Positions 30,990-32,000 of a DNA stretch of 32,000 nucleotides are shown here, piece after piece (positions within the stretch are counted from its first letter, which is position 1; every line of letters starts with the position of its first letter). The notes beneath the pieces were generated by a model. The model was given only the letters and a program-made list of their open reading frames with translations, made no database searches and had not been told where the DNA came from. Both the position numbers and the translations under genes were made by a program. Source of the stretch: Aliivibrio fischeri ES114 (GTDB lineage Bacteria > Pseudomonadota > Gammaproteobacteria > Enterobacterales > Vibrionaceae). The stretch lies in NCBI RefSeq assembly GCF_000011805.1, contig NC_006840.2; one strand, written 5' to 3'.

Positions 30990-31020
30990 CTTATTCCTCT
31001 CTTATAAAAACAGAATGGCT

Positions 31021-31064
31021 AAAACAAAAACACTCGACAAATTTTAACTGTCGAGTGTTTTTTA
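31021..31064. terminator. Bidirectional rho-independent terminator
   Basis: A-run, 11-bp stem AACACTCGACA/TGTCGAGTGTT (31029-31039 / 31049-31059), then a T-run. It lies downstream of the helicase gene. Confidence 0.8.
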
Positions 31065-31088
31065 GATTATTCATATAACAGTATAGAG

Positions 31089-32000
31089 TTACCAGTTATC
31101 TTTGTATTTCTTTTTGTTCTTTTTACCAGTACCTTCAGGTTTAGCGACAGGCTTAATTGAAGCTAAAAGTGCTTCTGTGATCTCTTCATTCACTTCAAAC
31201 CCTTCAACTTGCTCACGCTCAAGACGAATTTTATTTTTCTTCTCAATGATTTTAAAGTGATGGTAATCTTCATAATCAATCAAAGATAATGCTAGACCAA
31301 CTTCTCCTGCACGGCCACTTCGACCAATACGGTGCATATAATCTGCTGGACTTCTTGGTAAATCAAAATTAATCACAACAGGCAGTTTTTCAATATCCAA
31401 ACCACGAGCGGCAATATCTGTTGCGATCAAAACATCAATCTCACCCGCTTTAAATGCTTCAAGAACGCGAGTACGAGCACCTTGACCTTTATCACCATGG
31501 AACACTTCCGCTGCAATACCACGTTTAGCCAGTTTATCAGCTAGATGATTACACGCATTTTTAGCGTTTACAAAGATAAGCGCTTGTCGCCATTGGTTCT
31601 TTTGAATCAAATGAGCAAGAACCGATGTCTTCTCACCTTTATTCACGGTAAAGACACGTTGTACGACGGTACTTGCATCTGCGCTTTGTAATTGAATTTC
31701 TACAGGATTATTCAATAGCGCTTGAGTTAATGTTTGAACTTCTTCTGGAAACGTTGCTGAAAACAGTAATGTTTGTTTTTGCTTTGGGGCTAATGCTAAT
31801 AATTCATTAAGCTCTTCAGTAAAGCCTAAGCTCAGCATTCTATCAGCTTCATCAAGCACTAGCGTTTTCACTTTATCTAGCTTAACTGCATTGCTTGAAA
31901 TCAAATCAAGTAAGCGTCCTGGAGTAGCGACCAAAATATCTGCACCACCACGTAATGCAAGCATTTGAGTATTTACGGAGACACCGCCAAAGACAGAAAC
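31089..32000 (-). CDS. DEAD-box ATP-dependent RNA helicase (RhlE-like), N-terminus beyond the window edge
   Basis: Frame is open to the window edge (VSVFGGVSVNTQMLALRGGADILVATPGRLLD). Contains VLDEADRML (DEAD box), SAT, ARGLDI and HRIGRSGRAG motifs, plus a basic C-terminal tail. Confidence 0.9.
   Translation of the reverse strand, partial: VSVFGGVSVNTQMLALRGGADILVATPGRLLDLISSNAVKLDKVKTLVLDEADRMLSLGFTEELNELLALAPKQKQTLLFSATFPEEVQTLTQALLNNPVEIQLQSADASTVVQRVFTVNKGEKTSVLAHLIQKNQWRQALIFVNAKNACNHLADKLAKRGIAAEVFHGDKGQGARTRVLEAFKAGEIDVLIATDIAARGLDIEKLPVVINFDLPRSPADYMHRIGRSGRAGEVGLALSLIDYEDYHHFKIIEKKNKIRLEREQVEGFEVNEEITEALLASIKPVAKPEGTGKKNKKKYKDNW

Noticed and set aside
1-32000. Search for CRISPR arrays, tandem repeats, IS elements or integrases, tRNA or rRNA genes, and island boundaries
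   Set aside because: I saw no spaced direct-repeat arrays, transposase- or integrase-like ORFs, or cloverleaf-compatible GC-rich segments. The sulfatase cluster looks accessory by content, but it has no detectable mobility signatures or flanking direct repeats.

Overview
AT-rich gammaproteobacterial chromosome segment that looks Vibrionaceae-like (NorM, NqrM-like protein, divergent ribE/norM pair). I saw no rRNA, tRNA, CRISPR array, integrase or transposase. Left part (1-6.9 kb) is housekeeping: AbgT-family transporter, MepS-like NlpC/P60 lipoprotein, fructosamine kinase, CPXCG zinc-ribbon protein, riboflavin synthase and NorM. The middle 20 kb (6.9-26.5 kb) is the interesting part. It holds three paralogous exported Cys-type sulfatases with a non-canonical C-T-A-G-R active-site motif, a radical-SAM anaerobic sulfatase-maturating enzyme (anSME), an FGE-fold lipoprotein with no catalytic cysteines, and LysR and AraC regulators. 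These genes surround a tightly coupled six-gene MoxR / DUF58 / DUF4381 / BatA / BatB-C / BatD operon. That operon is preceded by an octaheme c-type cytochrome fused to a HEAT/TPR module, and a free-standing secreted paralog of the module lies next to the anSME. A 15-bp dyad, ATAAC-N3-TGGTTAT (a T-N11-A, LysR-type box), occurs four times and only in this cluster: upstream of moxR, centred between the divergent sulfatases, upstream of the third sulfatase, and once inside it. This argues that the MoxR/VWA operon and the sulfatases form one regulon, an association I do not know to be described. Right part (26.6-32 kb): a small metallocluster-handling locus (NifW-like; DUF134 regulator, NifX/NifB-like protein and NqrM-like protein) behind a promoter overlapped by twin TGGCATATGCCA palindromes. 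It is followed by envelope proteins (DUF4156 lipoprotein, YccF, beta-barrel OMP, lipoprotein), an unlisted 53-aa zinc-ribbon ORF and a truncated DEAD-box helicase. All family assignments come from reading the translated ORFs for motifs; no database search was possible.
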